38,763 nt of DNA, taken from contig CAYQVV010000001.1 in NCBI GenBank assembly GCA_964421155.1, positions 9,965 through 48,727 of the forward strand, written 5' to 3'. This DNA comes from an uncultured Elusimicrobiaceae bacterium (GTDB lineage: Bacteria; RUG730). A program made the translations under genes and the position numbers. Shown here piece after piece: positions 35,375-38,763 of the stretch. The notes under the pieces are model-generated. The model was not told the origin of the DNA and ran no database searches. It was given only the letters and a program-made list of their open reading frames with translations. Every line of letters starts with the position of its first letter. Positions within the stretch are counted from its first letter, which is position 1.

Positions 35375-38300
35375 ATGAAAATAAATAAGATTTATTTTTT
35401 TCTGTTTTTTTGTTTAGTTTTTAATATGTTTTTGTTTGCTTCTAATGATTCTATAGAGATGAAATCAGCAGATAAATATGGAAAAGTTCAAACTAATACT
35501 TTTAAAAATATCAGTGATAATTTTTATAAGTTAAATATTAAAGAAATAAAAGACATTTCTCCAACTATGCTACCAAACATAAATAGTATTATATCTGATT
35601 TAGATAATTTTATAAAATTTTATCCTACAAGTGAACTTACATATAGGGTTTATTTTGCTTTGGGAGAATTATATTTTTTTAAAGCAATTGCTATTTTTAA
35701 AAGAAACAACATTAAGACAGAAGAGTTTTTTGTAAATATTAAAACGGCTTTATACTATTATGATAAAGCGAGTAGTCTTAAGTCAGATTTGTTTTTTAAG
35801 CAAAATATATCTTATCGTATAATAGAATGTTATTTTGCTTTAAATGATTTCCAAAAAACATTTCAGTTATCTAAAAATTATTCTGAAAATTATTTAACTC
35901 TAGATACTTTGTATATTATGACAGTTAATTATATGAATATATCTAAAAAAATAGGAATGAATGAAGAAAATTGGAAGTTTATAAAATATATTCTTAATAA
36001 TATTAGCACAGTTAATATGGACGAAGTAAACTTGAAAAAATTATATTTGTCATCTGGGTTAACAGATTTTATTATGGGTGGATATGAAGATAGTATTTAT
36101 AAATTAAAGAAAGTTGATACAGAAGATGCACAGTTTTATCTTGGTAAGGCCTATGAGCAATTAGGAAAATATGTTTTAGCTATTGGAGAATATAAAAGTT
36201 TAAGTCTTAGAAATCCAAACACAAAATATTCTCGATTTTTAGACTTTTCTATAGGAGATTGTTTTTATAAAATGAAAAATTATGAAGAGTCTTTAAAATC
36301 TTTTTTTGATTATAAAATTAAATATGTTAATGATGAATATAATATATTTGTAGACTACAAAATTGCTTGTAGTTATTTTTATATGAATAATTATGATAAA
36401 GCTGTAGAATTTTTTGATAAAGTAAAAATGGCTAATAAAAAAGACCTTAAAATAGATAAAAAAGAATTAGAGTTGATAATTTTATATTCTTTATATTCTT
36501 TATATTTAAAAGCTTATAGTTATTATAAAAATAATAATTATAATGAATCTGCAAAATCTTTCATAGAATGTTATACAAAATTTTCTACAGAATATTTAGG
36601 TAAAAAATCCGTTTTTATGGCTGCATGGAGTTTATATAAAATCGGAGACTATGTAAATGCTGAAAAGTTAATATTGTCTTTTCAAAAAGATAATATAGAT
36701 GAATCTGTTTTATCAATTTATATGTATTATTTATTAGCTAATATTCAAAAAGAAAATAAAAATTATCAAGGAGCTTTACAAAATTACCAGAAAACAGTGG
36801 ATAAAATATTAAGTTTTAATTTGAAAAATTTATATGATTTGAGAGACAATTCATTATTGATGATGCTACAAATAAATTATCTAGAAAATAATTTTGTTAG
36901 AATATCCACAGAATTTCATTATATATTAAATAATATTATTCCCAAAATAGATAATAGTTCTACAAGGGTAGAAATCTATCTTATAGTTGCAGATTCTTGT
37001 TTTAGAATGAAATATTTTAAAGAAGCAAAAAGTTTATATAAAAAAATAGCGGATGAATGTAAAAATAATGATATTTTTTATGCAAAAGCGATGGATGGTA
37101 TGGCTTGGTGTGAATATGGTCAAAATAATTATGTTTTGGCAGAAAAATATAGGAATATTATTTCAGATATTATTTTAAATACAAAAGAAAATATGGATAA
37201 ATTGAAGTCTGAAAATTTTTATGAATTAGGCAATATAAATTTTAGTAGAAAAAATTATATAGGAGCTATAGAAAATTACGAAAAATTTGTGAATTTAGCA
37301 GATAATTCCGAAAAATTACCAGAAGCTTTGTATAGATTGGGAAATTGTTATTATAGAGAAGAATATTATTCTACTGCTATAGAAAAATGGAATGAGATTT
37401 TAGAGAAATATCCTAAATATGAAAGTACTTTATCCGTGGCTTATAAGATAGCAGATACATATTATAAATCAGGTAAATATATGGATGCTATTAAAATTTA
37501 TGAACATATATTTTTAAATTTTGATCATAATATTTCAGAAGTAATGGAATCTAAATTAAGAATAGCACAATCTTTCTTTAATGATAAACAATATGATAAA
37601 GCAATAGAAAAATTTAAAGAATTTATTTTAGAATATCCAGATAAAGAAAAATCTAAGGAAGTAATAGATCAAATAGAAAATACAATATATAGAAAACAGG
37701 AATATAAAGCCTATCAAAAAGGACTTAAAGTTGCAGAAATAAGTATAGCAGAAGATTTTGAAAATACTTTTAAAGATTTTGTTGATACTAACAAAAGTTT
37801 AAAGATAACAACAGACATAATTTATAAAATAGCTTCAAATAATTTTGAAGAATCTAGATATGAAAGTGCAATGGTTTGGTATAATAAGTTTTTTAGTTTA
37901 GGAAACTATTCAGATTTTGATAAGGACAAAGTTGCAACAGCACAGTATAATTTAGCAGAAATTTATTATATTTTAAAAAGATATAATGAAGCAATTAAAA
38001 ATTATGAGCTAATACTTTCAGGATTTAAAGATAGTAATTTTTTAGAGAAAGCATATGTTAGATTAGGGACTTCTTATTTGAATATAAAAAATTATAATAA
38101 AGCAATAAATGTATATGAAAATTTGTTAATTTTAAATCCAAAAACAGAGTATGCTAGTTTAGTAAATTATAATTTAGGAGTTTCTTATAAAGAAATAGAG
38201 GATTTTAAAAAATCTAATGGATACTTTATAAATTATTATAATATGAATAAAGATAATATAGATGCTTTGCAATTGATGATAGATGTTGGAGATAATTATT

Positions 38301-38659
38301 TAAAAATAAGAGAATATATGAGAGCAGTTTTTGTTTATAAAATGATAATAGATAAATTAGATGATTCTCAAAAAATATATGTGCAATATAAAATAGGGGA
38401 ATCTTTTGAAAAAGAATTTAAAGATAAAGAGGCTATTGAAGAATATGCTAAATTAATTCAAGTAGAGCCTAAGGAAAATGTTACTAGATTATCAGGTATT
38501 ATTAAATTAGGAGAATTATATAAAAATAATAAATTATATAAAGAGTCATATGATGCATTTAAAGAAGTTTATAATTCTACGACTAATGTGCAATGGAAAA
38601 ATATTATGAATTCAAAAATGGCAGAGTTAGAAACTTTAATATCTCAAAAAACTGCATAA
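35375..38659 (+). CDS. Very large secreted TPR-repeat protein (YbgF/BamD-style repeats throughout)
   Basis: About 1094 aa from ATG 35375 (SD gagga 35361-35365). Signal-like MKINKIYFFLFFCLVFNMFLFA. Dozens of 34-aa-type repeats, for example YNLAEIYYILKRYNEAIKNYELILSGFKDSNFLEKAYVRLGTSY. The 35-codon upstream extension in the track overlaps pfk and is not accepted. Confidence 0.75.
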   Translation: MKINKIYFFLFFCLVFNMFLFASNDSIEMKSADKYGKVQTNTFKNISDNFYKLNIKEIKDISPTMLPNINSIISDLDNFIKFYPTSELTYRVYFALGELYFFKAIAIFKRNNIKTEEFFVNIKTALYYYDKASSLKSDLFFKQNISYRIIECYFALNDFQKTFQLSKNYSENYLTLDTLYIMTVNYMNISKKIGMNEENWKFIKYILNNISTVNMDEVNLKKLYLSSGLTDFIMGGYEDSIYKLKKVDTEDAQFYLGKAYEQLGKYVLAIGEYKSLSLRNPNTKYSRFLDFSIGDCFYKMKNYEESLKSFFDYKIKYVNDEYNIFVDYKIACSYFYMNNYDKAVEFFDKVKMANKKDLKIDKKELELIILYSLYSLYLKAYSYYKNNNYNESAKSFIECYTKFSTEYLGKKSVFMAAWSLYKIGDYVNAEKLILSFQKDNIDESVLSIYMYYLLANIQKENKNYQGALQNYQKTVDKILSFNLKNLYDLRDNSLLMMLQINYLENNFVRISTEFHYILNNIIPKIDNSSTRVEIYLIVADSCFRMKYFKEAKSLYKKIADECKNNDIFYAKAMDGMAWCEYGQNNYVLAEKYRNIISDIILNTKENMDKLKSENFYELGNINFSRKNYIGAIENYEKFVNLADNSEKLPEALYRLGNCYYREEYYSTAIEKWNEILEKYPKYESTLSVAYKIADTYYKSGKYMDAIKIYEHIFLNFDHNISEVMESKLRIAQSFFNDKQYDKAIEKFKEFILEYPDKEKSKEVIDQIENTIYRKQEYKAYQKGLKVAEISIAEDFENTFKDFVDTNKSLKITTDIIYKIASNNFEESRYESAMVWYNKFFSLGNYSDFDKDKVATAQYNLAEIYYILKRYNEAIKNYELILSGFKDSNFLEKAYVRLGTSYLNIKNYNKAINVYENLLILNPKTEYASLVNYNLGVSYKEIEDFKKSNGYFINYYNMNKDNIDALQLMIDVGDNYLKIREYMRAVFVYKMIIDKLDDSQKIYVQYKIGESFEKEFKDKEAIEEYAKLIQVEPKENVTRLSGIIKLGELYKNNKLYKESYDAFKEVYNSTTNVQWKNIMNSKMAELETLISQKTA

Positions 38660-38680
38660 ATATATAAATGGAGAAATATT

Positions 38681-38763
38681 ATGAATAAAAAAAAGATTAT
38701 TTTAGCTATTGTTTTTATGTTATTTTTAACAGCTTTTTTGTCTGCAGAAGAACAGAGTTTAGG
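38681..38763 (+). CDS. 5' end of a secreted or exported protein gene (runs off the window)
   Basis: SD ggag 7-8 nt upstream of ATG 38681. MNKKKIILAIVFMLFLTAFLSAEEQSL is a classical signal peptide. Truncated by the window edge. Confidence 0.45.
   Translation, partial: MNKKKIILAIVFMLFLTAFLSAEEQSL

Noticed and set aside
36482-36508. 9-nt tandem repeat (ttatattct x2 plus ttatattta) inside the TPR gene, encoding LYSLYSLYL
   Set aside because: It is in-frame and very short, and it lies within a repeat protein. There is no evidence of a contingency locus.
1-38763. Scan for CRISPR arrays, tRNA/rRNA genes, transposases, integrases, phage modules, toxin-antitoxin pairs or known defence genes
   Set aside because: None was seen. 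Every ORF of 150 aa or more is either a recognisable housekeeping family or one of the few hypothetical exported or small proteins listed. The only GC-rich non-coding islands are the 6S-like segment and the obg-waaA hairpin.

Overview
This is a very AT-rich (by eye about a quarter G+C), gene-dense bacterial chromosomal segment. It holds about 40 protein genes, almost all housekeeping. The genetic code is standard: the RF2 gene is intact and carries its TGA-based +1 frameshift site, so TGA is a stop codon. Envelope genes (murA, kdsC, waaA, an msbA-like exporter) point to a diderm organism that makes Kdo/lipid A. HprK plus PtsN, RNase Y, a long-form PFK, MoxR and giant TPR proteins are reminiscent of spirochaete- or fusobacterium-like anaerobes, but I cannot assign taxonomy from the sequence alone.

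Other content includes:
- glgC, lpdA, queC and queE, dksA, and an isopropylmalate/tartrate-dehydrogenase-family gene
- asd, thrC, ilvD, obg, rarA, 5-formyl-THF cyclo-ligase, zapA, and an SDR

I found no CRISPR array, transposase, integrase, phage gene or recognisable defence or toxin system. I read this as a core region, not an accessory island.

The items most worth a second look are:
1. A single ORF fusing MTA/SAH nucleosidase (Pfs) to LuxS, followed after a 1-nt gap by a phosphoribosyltransferase.
2. A 166-nt imperfect hairpin with a perfect 22-bp basal stem in the obg-waaA spacer.
3. A GC-enriched, structured roughly 154-nt non-coding segment just after zapA that fits 6S RNA by fold and synteny.
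4. A secreted protein built from four tandem Cache-like modules with no output domain.
5. An FtsE-like ATPase with degenerate signature and H-loop motifs and no FtsX partner.

All family assignments come from reading motifs by eye against remembered family consensus. No searches or folding programs were run.
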